Assembly: GCF_001194135.2 (NCBI RefSeq)
Contig: NC_068981.1
Coordinates: forward strand, 146,369,055 to 146,421,060
DNA length: 52,006 bases
Origin: Octopus bimaculoides
Taxonomy: Eukaryota
Direction: 5' to 3'
This document shows positions 37,300 through 48,988 of the stretch, in pieces. The notes beneath the pieces were generated by a model, which worked only from the letters and a program-made list of their open reading frames with translations, was not told where the DNA came from and made no database searches. How positions within the stretch are numbered: the stretch's first letter is position 1; each line of letters opens with the position of its first letter. The position numbers and the translations under genes are program-made.

Positions 37300-38356
37300 G
37301 ATCTATTTTAAAACGGGGGCCACAGTATTTTCTTAACGAAACACTTTGAAACTTGGAACACTGGTAGAATGTGTCATATAAAACATCTTTTTCTCTTAGT
37401 CTTCTTAAAGTAAAAAAGAAATCCATAAGTTAAAGTTGTCGTATTTCTGTAATTTCAACCAATCACTGACGTCCATTCAGCCGATATACATTAAGTCAGC
37501 AATTGGGGTTTGTTTTGCCATAGTTATTACATTATTCATTAAGTCTTTCTGGTATTTTTGTTCCTAGAGGAACATTCTAGTTCTTCCAATAGTCTCACAC
37601 NNNNNNNNNNNNNNNNNNNNNNNNNNNNNNNNNNNNNNNNNNNNNNNNNNNNNNNNNNNNNNNNNNNNNNNNNNNNNNNNNNNNNNNNNNNNNNNNNNNN
37701 NNNNNNNNNNNNNNNNNNNNNNNNNNNNNNNNNNNNNNNNNNNNNNNNNNNNNNNNNNNNNNNNNNNNNNNNNNNNNNNNNNNNNNNNNNNNNNNNNNNN
37801 NNNNNNNNNNNNNNNNNNNNNNNNNNNNNNNNNNNNNNNNNNNNNNNNNNNNNNNNNNNNNNNNNNNNNNNNNNNNNNNNNNNNNNNNNNNNNNNNNNNN
37901 NNNNNNNNNNNNNNNNNNNNNNNNNNNNNNNNNNNNNNNNNNNNNNNNNNNNNNNNNNNNNNNNNNNNNNNNNNNNNNNNNNNNNNNNNNTGAAACAATT
38001 AACCCTAACCCTAACCCTAACCCTAACCCTAACCCTAGGGTTAGGGTTAGGGTTAGGGTTAGGGTTAAAGCAAATTTAAAATGAAAAAAGCAAATAAAAC
38101 GAAGGTATGGAGTTAAATACGCTTTACATCGCTTAATCAGCCAAAGGAGTAAATATAAACAACTGAATACTTGTCAGTGATTGGTTGAAATTATCGAAAT
38201 AAGACAATTTTTTACATGAAATAAATTTGAATACAAAAATATGTTTCTGTTCTATAACACAAAATAGATAAGTATACGAAGTTTGAAAGTCTTTCCGTAC
38301 CAAAAACACTACGTAAAACATTAATGAAAGCTGTGGCCCCCGTTTTAAAATAGATC
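37300..38356. mobile_element. Non-autonomous TIR/foldback DNA element (spans a gap)
   Basis: Perfect 26-bp inverted repeat (37300-37325 / 38331-38356) plus a perfect internal 20-bp inverted repeat (37451-37470 / 38173-38192). No ORF. Confidence 0.8.
38001..38066. repeat. Interstitial telomeric repeat palindrome (AACCCT)6(AGGGTT)5
   Basis: Directly visible; symmetry centre between 38036 and 38037. Confidence 0.95.
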
Positions 38357-39232
38357 TAAAAATAGAAAGCCCAGTATCACCACTGGATCATTCTACACAT
38401 CTCTGTAATCTTTCGCGCAATTCCACCCGGCCGTTTGACCATGAATCCCAAGACAAGTAAGAATCGCCCATGTATTCATTTCTTCAGGGGACATAGCATT
38501 AATGGATGCCTAACAGAGGGTTGTTTATCCCTTTTGACCCCTGAGAAGGTTGATTGAGTTATGTGGTTATTTCTGTGTGTATTTGGTGGGGAGAGGGAAA
38601 GGTGGTGGAAAGAGAAGAAGGAATGGTAGTTATATGGGTATGGAGGTGTATGTGGTGATGTTGGACTTATATTACTATTCAGTCTGCAGATATCGAGGAT
38701 GGGTGGTACATTCCTTTGTTCGATCTCATTTAAGGCATGACTATCTTCAATGTGGTCTGAAGTAATCAGGTCAGCTGGTATATTAGCTGTTGGAGTTCAT
38801 TGTCTGAATTGATAAATGATACTTTCATAGGGTGACCTTTTATTTCTGGTGGTACACTCGTACAGTGTATAGCATCCTAAACATTGGTTGGATTTTTTTA
38901 TTTGTTTGTGTTCCTACCTTTTTATATAATATACATTGATGCTGAGCACTATCGTTGATGGAATTGACAAGTGTCCTTCTGCCAAATTTCGGGCCTTGTG
39001 CCGATAGTAAAAAGAAATATAGGATCAAGTCTTTCTCATTCGCAAAATGATCCCCACTTAATTTTGCTCAGGTTGCTTTCAATTTAGGTGCATCGATGCA
39101 ACTCTGAATTTTGATTACGACCAGCCAATTACTTTATCTTGTAAATTACAGAATCTGATGTTATTTGGAATTAAAGTTGGGAAATTCGGGTAATTTTAGC
39201 GCAATCAACAGACAGCGTGGCATTAGCAGCTT

Positions 39233-39246
39233 GTTACCATGACAAC
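39233..39246. promoter_or_regulatory. RFX X-box motif GTTACCATGACAAC
   Basis: Matches the X-box consensus GTHNYY-AT-RRNAAC exactly; CCAAT box (AGCCAAT) at 39123-39129. Confidence 0.45.
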
Positions 39247-42200
39247 CGCACGCTGTGTGGTGGTTCACTGTTGTCTGTGCTGCTGTTGTCTATGTTGATT
39301 TTTCACACTTAGTATTTTTACATATTTTTCCATTTCATATATTTTTGGGACTTATTGACTTACATAACTGGAATTATGATTTCACCAGATTAATTCTAAT
39401 CATAAAAAAAATTTTAATTAGGAGTATTTCTTAAACCGTTAGCTTCATATTTCAACAGCTTAACTGAAATTTAGCACACGTAACAGGAACTGAAAGGGAT
39501 ATCGGGGAACAGAGAAACTGTGAGTGATACGGATAATTTGACATTATTTTTGAATTCTACCTGCAAAGACATATAAGATACAGGTATTCTTTTCTTTGGG
39601 ACAAATTCTTTGTTGACCAGTGTTATTCTTATCGTAGTTTACAAATCCAAACATGAAAACGTTACTCAACTTCGGAGTTTTGAGGAAAGTCGCCCCCTCT
39701 TCTCACACACACACATACATGCACTTATATATTAATGATGTACATAATTACATGGCAGGTATACATAATACTGAAGTGCGCATAAGGTAACCACATGCAG
39801 ACAAATATATTAATATAACAAATTTTAACAAATGATAAAAACATACAATCAATGAAAAGACAAAAGAAACTGTAAGATGATACATGTTGATACATGTTGA
39901 TACATGTTGGTATTTCTGTTTATTTAGAAACCTACAATGAACAGGTTAGACGCTAAACTATAAATTTTGCAGGGTACAATCTTAAAGTTGACACTGCTCC
40001 GCTAAACGCAGAAAATTTCTGTCTCGCTACTGGCTAAAAAATACCCAGATTTTTCGATTTTTAAACCTCTGTTACTTTTTTCTCCCATTTTTTTTCTTCA
40101 CTACATTATATCTTCAGAGCAATGAGACTTGAAGGCTACATTATTATAGCCGATTTTTAAATTTTTTACTGCCTTTTAAAATATGCATATTTTGCGAATG
40201 AAAAAACTAGATCCTATATCAATTATAAATACTATAGGAATTTTTTGAAAGAGAGAGACAAACAGACAGACAAGCAGTCAGACAGAGAAAGACCAAATAA
40301 ATGTTTGCAATACTACTAAATAAAAACCCGTGATGTAGAAGAAAGGACGAAACAAGATATTACAAGACACCCTACTATTTATGGTTACTCGTTGTCCTCT
40401 TGCATATAATTTCTTATTTTGGCCTATCCCACTAATTTGCAGGGCTGGGACACAATAAAATGAATTGACTTCCTATTCATGTTTTTCCTGTTAAGTTCAA
40501 GGTGAAAATCAACCACATTCATTTTGAGACTGCCTACTAAGGTCATTGGCCCTGTATTTCCCAGACTAACTAATGAAAAGAGAGAATTCATGACAACTAA
40601 CAAGAAAAAAAGATTTTAGAATTGTTTTGAATAGGTTGTTGTTGTTGTTGTTGTTGTTGTTGTCGTCGTCGTCTTCGTTGCTGCTACTCATTGTTAACCC
40701 AGATGAACACTGATCATTCCAATCGTGACCATCCCGAGATTTTAGAGCTATTTGGTACTACATTATCTAATGTGTTCTTCACCACTTTTTAAAAGAGGGT
40801 ATTTTGTAGGATTTTACGTTGTTATTTCTAGTAGATCGAGCTATAAGATAAACAGTCATCTACTAGAATCCATTTAATCAGTTTAATCGACTGCAACCTT
40901 TCATCTAATTTGTAGCCTTGTACCTGTATCAGAAATCAGTATGGCTATTAGTTCGAATGTTGTTAACAAGTGTAAAAGATTGTGATCATTACCTGTCAGA
41001 AGTGTTTGTTTGATTTTTGTGGCGCACAGTCAAGATTTCTATTTTTGTTCACGCGATGAAGAGATTACTGTTCTGATGTGAAACAGTAAATAAAAAAAAT
41101 ATATTATTTTGCACCATTATGATCCTATAAGCCAAGAATTGGGTCATTACAAACCGAAATACCACAAAATACCAAATTAATCTTTTCGCTTCATATGGAA
41201 TGTTATTTGCTCGTATTTATGTATTTATACATTATTTTTATTTTTACATTATTACTACACAAGAGAACGAGGAACTTCAAAAACAAAACGAAAAGAAAGG
41301 TTATTTTTTTACTTTAGTTTGACATTTTGTCGGTTTAACACCATGCAAGTATTTAAGAAAAGTTATAACGAACCTGCGATATTTACTGAAAGCTAAAAAT
41401 GGATTTTTGTGTTTCAACCAATTAGATTTTGACATTTTAATGACAATAGAACAGTATTTTTTTATACATGACTGATTCAGTTTATAATTCACATCGTTTC
41501 AAAATCGTTAAATTTTCTATTTACAACAACCAATGATAAAAAAAAACACAACAGCAAAATAATGTGATTTTTACATTATTACTACACAGCTGTAGAATAG
41601 AAAATTAGGAAAACCGTATTTATTTTTGCTGTTGTTTATCTAGGTTAGCTGTTATTGGACGGATCTGTGATCAAAGGCGCTCAATCCATGAACATACCGT
41701 TTTATATTCAAATATATGGTGTCTAGAAATACATTAACCAATGCGTCCTTCCTTTTTACGGTATCAAAGGAAAATTCGGTTGATGTTTCTAGTGAATACA
41801 AAAAACTGCCCTCATTTCACTGTAAATTCTAGATGTTGTTTTTGTTGTTGTTGTTGTTAGTGGTGGTGGTGGTGCTGCGGCTGCAACTATTGCTATTGAT
41901 GGTGTTGCGACAGCAGCTGGTGATGGCCGTCATGTGGTGGTGGTCATGTGGCGGTGGTCGTGTTTACATTCAAATTGCCCTAATCGAACAGACTGATCAT
42001 TGAAGACATTCCACTAAACCATTCACAAATAAGTTATGATATCCAATATATATTTCTGCAAGATGTAGGGTTTAGTTTGAAGATTTGCTTACTACTATTA
42101 ACTGTCCGAGCGCCCTCCAAGGGATCTCCATCATCGGACTGTGAATAACGTTCTGTTGGTAATGTCGTTTAACCCAAGGTCAGTTCTAACAGAGCAGATC

Positions 42201-43029
42201 GTATGTCAGAGTTATTCAAACATTCTCCAAGAAGAGTATACACTTTACTGCAAAGCTCTTAGTTCTTTCCATTGGCAATAATTAATAAAATCTCATCTAT
42301 TTTCTAATTAAAAAAAAAAATAGCACAGCATTGTGTAGCAGTTTTACTCAAACAAGTATCTGCGTTTAAAATCACATATACATTGGAAATAAACCAAATA
42401 AGATACCATTTACATTCCAGCATTTAAAAAATGGCATTTCTAATTAATGCTGCGTTTTATTTTTATCTCTCACAGAGACTCAGAGTTGGTCTCAATGTGA
42501 TTTGAACTTGCAACAGCTTGATACACTTAAAATGGTTTAGTTATATCGTCAAGATCTCCACAGAAAGGGAAGAAGTTATTCTTAGATCGGGGACCTGGCT
42601 CGAATACTTGCAACCCAATAACCAATCCTGATGATGGATTAAGTCGACCAACAACCAAGAAAGCCTGGACCAGAGAGACTTCCCCATGATTTCCATCTAC
42701 TAAAGTTTACTCGCTGTACTGAGGCCCACTCGAGGCCAAGGTAAAAAATACAGGTACCATGCTGTGGGTTCGAACACTAAATTGGGTATTGTTACTAATG
42801 TGTAAAGCTGTCTGCCTGCATTGACTTTTCATGTCATTTTTACAAAAGTTAATTTCAATGTTTTCTTATGGGAAAAGGTGTAGCTCATTCTTTTATGGTT
42901 TCGCCTTTCCTGTAAGGCATTGTTCTGTCCCGTGTCCGGGAGACATTTTAATTATAGATATTCGATATACAGTAATGGGCAATTTAGATGCAAGCCAGGT
43001 ACAAAAATGAAGTGATTGTGTATAGAGGA

Positions 43030-43441
43030 ATATATTATTTTGTTTAAAAGAGTTCCAACACTGTCTGTTTTTTATGTTTTATTTATATTCCTGCAGAACC
43101 AATGTGGGATATAGAATATGGAATATACAATATATAATATAATATACAATATATAATATAAAATAAAATAAAAATGGATGGTACCATGAAATAAAGTATT
43201 GAATGTAGATGAAATATTGAGTGTTCAATATAAAGGATCAAATTGAACACTCAATATTTCATCTACATTCAATACTTTATTTCATGGTACCATCCATTTT
43301 TATTTTATTTTATATTATATATTGTATATTATATTATATATTGTATATTCCATATTCTATATCCCACATTGGTTCTGCAGGAATATAAATAAAACATAAA
43401 AAACAGACAGTGTTGGAACTCTTTTAAACAAAATAATATAT
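43030..43441. repeat. Perfect 200-bp inverted repeat with 12-nt spacer
   Basis: Arm 43030-43229 is the exact reverse complement of 43242-43441 by manual comparison; spacer ATAAAGGATCAA. Confidence 0.93.
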
Positions 43442-43450
43442 ATATATATA

Positions 43451-43672
43451 TATATATATGTTTGTGTGTCTGTGTTTGTCCCCCAACATTGCTTGACAAC
43501 CGATGCTGGTGTGTTTACGTCCCTGTTAATTAGCGGTTCGGCAAAAGAGAACGATAGAATAAGTACTAGGCTTACAAAGAATAAGCCCTAGGATCGATTT
43601 GCTCGACTAAAAGCGGTGCTCCAGCTTGGCCGCAGTCAAATGACTGAAACAAATAAAAGAATAAAAGAATAT
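43451..43672 (+). mobile_element. SINE family B 3' half
   Basis: Homologous to 27750-27955. Confidence 0.9.
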
Positions 43673-43677
43673 ATATA

Positions 43678-43818
43678 TCGACCCCAGGACTTATTCTTTG
43701 TAAGCCTAGTATTTATTCTATCGGTTTATTTTGCCGAACCGCTATGTTATGAAGACGTAAACACACCAACATCGTTTGTCAAGCAATGGTACTGGACAAA
43801 CACAAACACAAACACACA

Positions 43819-43857
<39 letters not shown>

Positions 43858-44068
43858 ACACACATATATATCTATATATATATATATATATCTATATATA
43901 TATATATATATATATACGACGATCTTCTTTCAACTTCCGTTTACCAAATCCACTCACAAGGCTTCGGTCGGTTCGAGGCCATAATAGAAGACACTTGTCT
44001 AAGGTGCTACGCTGTGGAATTGAACTCGGAATCATGTGGTTGGTAATCAAGCTACTTACCACGCATGC
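43678..44068 (-). mobile_element. SINE family B, inverted, with internal CA/TA microsatellite
   Basis: RC contains the head (43915-44068) and part of the tail (43678-43800). Confidence 0.88.
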
Positions 44069-44070
44069 AG

Positions 44071-44366
44071 GTGAAGGCGCATGGCTCAGTGGTTAGAGCG
44101 TCGAGCTTACGATCGTGAGGTTGTGAGTTCGATTCCCGGACTGGGCTGCGTGCTGTGTTCTTAAGCAAGACACTTTATTTCATGTTGATCCAGTTCACTC
44201 AGCTGTAGAAATGAATAGGCACATCACTGGTGCCAAGGTGTTTCAGCTTTTGTCTTTCCTTTGGAAAACATCGGTTGCGTGGAGAGGGGAGACTGGTATG
44301 CATGGGCGACTGCTGGCCTTCCATAAAAACAACCCCAGGGTGTGCATTCGTGACCGACGGAGTCGA

Positions 44367-44372
<6 letters not shown>
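44071..44372 (+). mobile_element. SINE family C variant with well-preserved tRNA-like head
   Basis: TGGCTCAGTGGTTAG (A box), TTACGAT loop (ACG, Arg-like), GAGTTCGATTCCC (B box). The 3' flank continues into SINE body, so this is not a tRNA gene. Confidence 0.88.
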
Positions 44373-44407
<35 letters not shown>

Positions 44408-44414
44408 CACATAT

Positions 44415-44580
44415 ACGACGGGCTTCTTTTAGTTTCCGTTTGCCAAATCCACTCACAAGGCTTTGGTCGGCCCGAGGCTATAGTAGAAGACACTTGCCCA
44501 AGGTGCCACGCAGTGGGACTGAATCCGGAACCATGTGGTTGGTATGCAAGCGACTTACCACACAGCCACTCCTGCGCCTA
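44415..44580 (-). mobile_element. SINE family B 5' head
   Basis: RC starts GGCGCAGGAGTGGCTGTGTGGTAAGTCGCTTGC. Confidence 0.92.
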
Positions 44581-45021
44581 AATATATAATATATATATTA
44601 TATCGATTTAGTACCAAGTTGCGAGTGACACCGTTAACTGCATTGGTACCCTGTTGTGCCTCTCCTGCATTAAAACGTATGTATGTATGTACGTATGTAT
44701 GTACGTATGTATGTATGACTCACAACAAAACAACAATATTTTACTCTTTAATATGCAAATAATATTACAATGACAATGAGGTTATGCTAGGGAGCTAATT
44801 AACTTTTTACATATTCCTGCATTAAATATGTTACCCACTAATTTAGCTACTAGACTATTCATGCAGATGGCGTCTCTGAATTTTTTGTAGTCTAAAGCAC
44901 TTCTATATTTCTAGGTCTGCGTATGTTCCATATTATTCATTGAATTAGTGATTTTCGCAACAGCTTCAACATACTCAATGGGGCTTATATTTTATTGATC
45001 AGCGTATTATAATAACAAAAT

Positions 45022-45310
45022 TGTGAAGGCTTAGTGATTAGGGTAATTGGCTCCCGATCATAGGGTCGAGAGTTCAATGCCCGGTGGTGTGTTGTGTCCT
45101 TCAGTAAGACGATTTATTAAACGTTGCTCAAGTCCACTCAGCTGGCAAAAATGAATACCACCTATATTTCAAAGAGCTAACCTTGTCACATTCTGTGTCA
45201 CGCTTAATCTCCCTGGGAACAACGTTAAAAGTAAGCTCAACCACTTGCATGTCAATTTTACAAGCAGGATGTTCCGTTGATCGGATCAACTGGAACGCTG
45301 GTCGCCGTAA
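45022..45310 (+). mobile_element. SINE family C
   Basis: Homologous to the RC of 7333-7662. Confidence 0.88.
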
Positions 45311-45371
45311 CTGAAAGAGTAACAGTTCTGAATAGCGAAACACGTTCGTAGTTATCTCCCGCACTTGCCAA

Positions 45372-45552
45372 AACAATTCTTTCTACTATAGGCACAAGCC
45401 CTGACATTTTGTCGGGAGGGGGCCAGTTGCAACTGGTACTTAATGAAAGGTAAAGTCGACCTCGGCGGAATTTGAACTCAGAACATGCAGACAGACGAAA
45501 TGCAGCCAAGCATTTCGCCCGCCGTGCAAACGATACCGCCAACTCGCCGCCC
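45372..45552 (-). mobile_element. SINE family A (internally deleted)
   Basis: RC homologous to the family-A head and 3' end. Confidence 0.85.
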
Positions 45553-45969
45553 CGTATTTGCTAAAATAATTCAAATAAAAGTAGTCATTGATTCTCGGCA
45601 TATTTATTTCTAGTTTGCATTCAAAATTCCCTGTATTGAACATGATAGCATTAAATTACGTTTCTAAAGTATTATCATTCACAGCTGTTCCGACGATTGC
45701 GGTACCGCAGTATTATGGAGAATTATAATCTTGCAAATATAGAGGGTATTAACGCAATATCCGACACATAATGGTGCATTAGTGTCTCGTCTCTTACATA
45801 TATATNNNNNNNNNNNNNNNNNNNNNNNNNNNNNNNNNNNNNNNNNNNNNNNNNNNNNNNNNNNNNNNNNNNNNNNNNNNNNNNNNNNNNNNNNNNNNNN
45901 NNNNNNNNNNNNNNNNNNNNNNNNNNNNNNNNNNNNNNNNNNNNNNNNNNNNNNNNNNNNNNNNNNNNN

Positions 45970-46000
<31 letters not shown>

Positions 46001-46007
46001 AGAATCT

Positions 46008-46200
46008 TTATCTTTTATCTTATGCTTGCTTCAGTCATTAGATTGCGACCATGCTGGAATACCGTTGTTTGAGATTTAACCGAATAAATCGCCCCGGCGC
46101 TTTTATTTTTTTAAAAGTCTGTCGCTTAATTTATCGAACTCTATTGTGGAACTGCTAAACAAACCAATCCCGATTGTCGAACCGGTGGGTGGGGATACGT
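46008..46200 (-). mobile_element. SINE family B 3' half (diverged)
   Basis: TTCAGTCATTAGATTGCGACCATGCTGG is the RC of the family-B tail. Confidence 0.75.
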
Positions 46201-46222
46201 GAACAAAAAAAACACCATATAT

Positions 46223-46385
46223 AGGCGCAGGAGTGGCTGTGCGGTAAGTAGCTTGCTTACAACCACATTGTTCCAGGTCCAGTCCCACTGCATGGCACCT
46301 TGGGCAAGCTTCTACTTCTATAGCCTCAGACTGATCAAAGCCTTGTGAGTGGATTTGGTAGACGGAAACTGAAAGAAGCTCGTCG

Positions 46386-46441
<56 letters not shown>

Positions 46442-46628
46442 TTTGTCCTCCCCACCATTGCTTGACAGCCGATGTTGGTGTGTTTACGTCCTCGTAACTT
46501 AACGGTTCGGCAAAAAATCCATAGAATAAGTAATAAGCTTACAAAGAATAGGTCCTGGGGTTGATTCGTTCGACTAAAAGCGGTGCTCAAGCATGGCCGT
46601 AGTCAAATGGTTGAAACAGATAAGAGAA
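46223..46628 (+). mobile_element. SINE family B, complete, internal TA/TG microsatellite
   Basis: Head, microsatellite and tail all present. Confidence 0.93.
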
Positions 46629-46689
46629 TATATATAAAAACACATACATACATACATACATACATATATGCACAAGGAGATTCTACACA

Positions 46690-46830
46690 ATGTCTATTTA
46701 CAAAATTCTTTTCACAAGGCATTGGTCAGCCCAGGCCTATAGCAGAAGACATTTGCCAAAGGTACCACACAGTGGGACCGAATCCAAAACCACATTGTTG
46801 CAAAGCGAGCTTCCTAATCACATAGCCACA
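46690..46830 (-). mobile_element. SINE family B head (diverged)
   Basis: Homologous to 44415-44580. Confidence 0.8.
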
Positions 46831-47476
46831 CATTTATCGATATTAATTAACATTTATCTGTTCATAAAGCACAAGCACAGACATGATTTGAACTGATCTA
46901 TGATCTAAAGGCATTCAACTAGGACCACTCCATAATCATTGCATAAAGAGTATATTTAACACTACGTTACTCACAGCGTCCTTTTTTAACACGATAAATT
47001 TTAACGAAATGGGATTTGATTATTATTTCTAGCGGAGCAACCACGTAGAGGTTTCCTCGTTACATACAACTTAAGTGGCCCACTACTACAACACCTTCAC
47101 GATTATAGTATCAACTTCCAGTTAATCGATCTCTTAGGAGTGAAATCAAAATCCACCTCTAGTTGACTTGAACATTTTTTTTATATACTCCTATGAGATC
47201 GATAAAACAGGCAGCAGTTGGCGCTGGCATCAATAGATACACATGTAAAAATGCATATGCACATAATATATCAACACAGAATACATAACCGGAAATATGT
47301 TAAAAGACTGCCTATATAAATATACATGCAAAACACAAACAAAACGCATACACACATACACATACATATACACACATATGTATAATCTTATGCACAAATA
47401 AGTATGCAAATATACATGCATATATGTATGCATATACATACAGACAAATTTACGTGTATGTATGTATGTATATATA

Positions 47477-47514
<38 letters not shown>

Positions 47515-47539
47515 CATACACACATATACCCGCACATAT

Positions 47540-47890
47540 TATCTTTTGATTGTTTCAGTCATTAGACTGCAGCCATGCTGGGGTACCGCCTCAAAAGATT
47601 TAGTCGAATAAATCGACCCCAGTATTTATTCTTAACCCGGTACCTATTCTATCAGTCTCGTTTTGCCGAGTCACTACATATTGAGAAATGTAAACAAACC
47701 AACACCAGCTGTCAACAGGTAGTTGGAGACAAGCAAAAACACAAGCGACAGGTTTCTTTCACTTTCCGTCTGCCGAACTCACTCAACAGTTTTGATCGAC
47801 TCGAGGCTATAGTAGAAAAGACTTGCTCAAGATGCTGCACAGTGAACACAGAATCATGTGCAAAGCGAATTCCTTAAACAGACACATCGC
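47540..47890 (-). mobile_element. SINE family B (diverged, microsatellite lost)
   Basis: RC tail 47545-47735 followed by RC head 47750-47885. Confidence 0.78.
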
Positions 47891-48634
47891 CTAAATTCAT
47901 ATTTATATATAGACTCGTGCGTAAATAAGCGCAAATGCATGTTAGATTGAATAGTACTGTCTAGGTGTCGAAAGCATAGTGATATCTGTTTGGCAGCTGA
48001 TGATGAAATTACATATTATTATGCCTGTTTGTGGATTGTTAGTTTCATTATTCTGAGTTATACTTCATTCTAGATTCTAGCAAAGTGGAAAGTGTTTGCA
48101 GTGAATGCAATGAATATTTAAATTTATGAAGAATTGGACGCAGTGAATGCAATGAATATTTAAATTTGCGAGAATTTAGAGTTTAAGAAATTCAGTAAAC
48201 TTCAGAAATCAAAAGTACAGGAAATTTCTAAAAACATGAATTTATAAAAATACTTCCAGACGATCAAGCTTTTAATATTGATTTCTTTTAGTACTTTTAG
48301 TAATTGTTACATNNNNNNNNNNNNNNNNNNNNNNNNNNNNNNNNNNNNNNNNNNNNNNNNNNNNNNNNNNNNNNNNNNNNNNNNNNNNNNNNNNNNNNNN
48401 NNNNNNNNNNNNNNNNNNNNNNNNNNNNNNNNNNNNNNNNNNNNNNNNNNNNNNNNNNNNNNNNNNNNNNNNNNNNNNNNNNNNNNNNNNNNNNNNNNNN
48501 NNNNNNNNNNNNNNNNNNNNNNNNNNNNNNNNNNNNNNNNNNNNNNNNNNNNNNNNNNNNNNNNNNNNNNNNNNNNNNNNNNNNNNNNNNNNNNNNNNNN
48601 NNNNNNNNNNNNNNNNNNNNNNNNNNNNNNNNNN

Positions 48635-48988
48635 CCCACCTCGAATGAGGAAGGCCCTTGAAAAGGTAGGCTAAACATCGGATGTTGCAATTCTACCCAG
48701 CTGGAAAGCTGCGTTCAGCGGGTCACCCATTCTGCAGCCGAAACACTAAAATGAACTTTGCTACTTGGAACGTTCGGACACTACTAGATCACAGGACACA
48801 AATCGACCTTCCAGAAGAACAGCCCTCGTCACACACGAACTGAGCCGTTTCGATGTGGACTTTGCAGCTCTGAGTGAAACCAGGCTCTCAGGGGAAGGCT
48901 CACTTGAAGAAGGTTCCGGATATACGATCTTCTGGAAAGGAAAGGAGCCTGGCCAACCTCATATGCACGGCGTGAGTTTGCAATCAAG
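48635..48988 (+). pseudogene. RTE-clade LINE 5' end: APE-like endonuclease N-terminus (frameshifted, truncated)
   Basis: ATG at 48751: MNFATWNVRTLLD / NRPSRRTALVTHELSRFDVDFAALSETRLSGEGSLEEGSGYTIFWKGKEPGQPHMHGV(G)FAIK. These are the RTE/BovB-type motifs WNVRTL, RRTAL..EL, AALSETRL, GYTxFW and GVGFAI. Confidence 0.93.

Larger units (their letters stand above)
3103..48634. other. Seven assembly gaps (N runs): 3103-3316, 19529-19538, 31967-32256, 34802-35295, 37601-37990, 45806-45969, 48313-48634
   Basis: Directly visible; most abut simple repeats, typical of a short-read scaffold. Confidence 0.99.

Noticed and set aside
38001-38066. Ancestral telomere-telomere chromosome fusion site
   Set aside because: Polarity is CCCTAA then TTAGGG, the reverse of a fusion scar, and the array is short and inside a TIR element.
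44071-44150. tRNA-Arg gene
   Set aside because: A/B boxes are present but the acceptor stem is incomplete and it continues into SINE body. The same applies to all other tRNA-like heads.
48098-48167. 28-bp direct repeat with 14-nt spacer (CRISPR-like)
   Set aside because: Only two units, eukaryotic context, no cas genes; a simple local tandem duplication.
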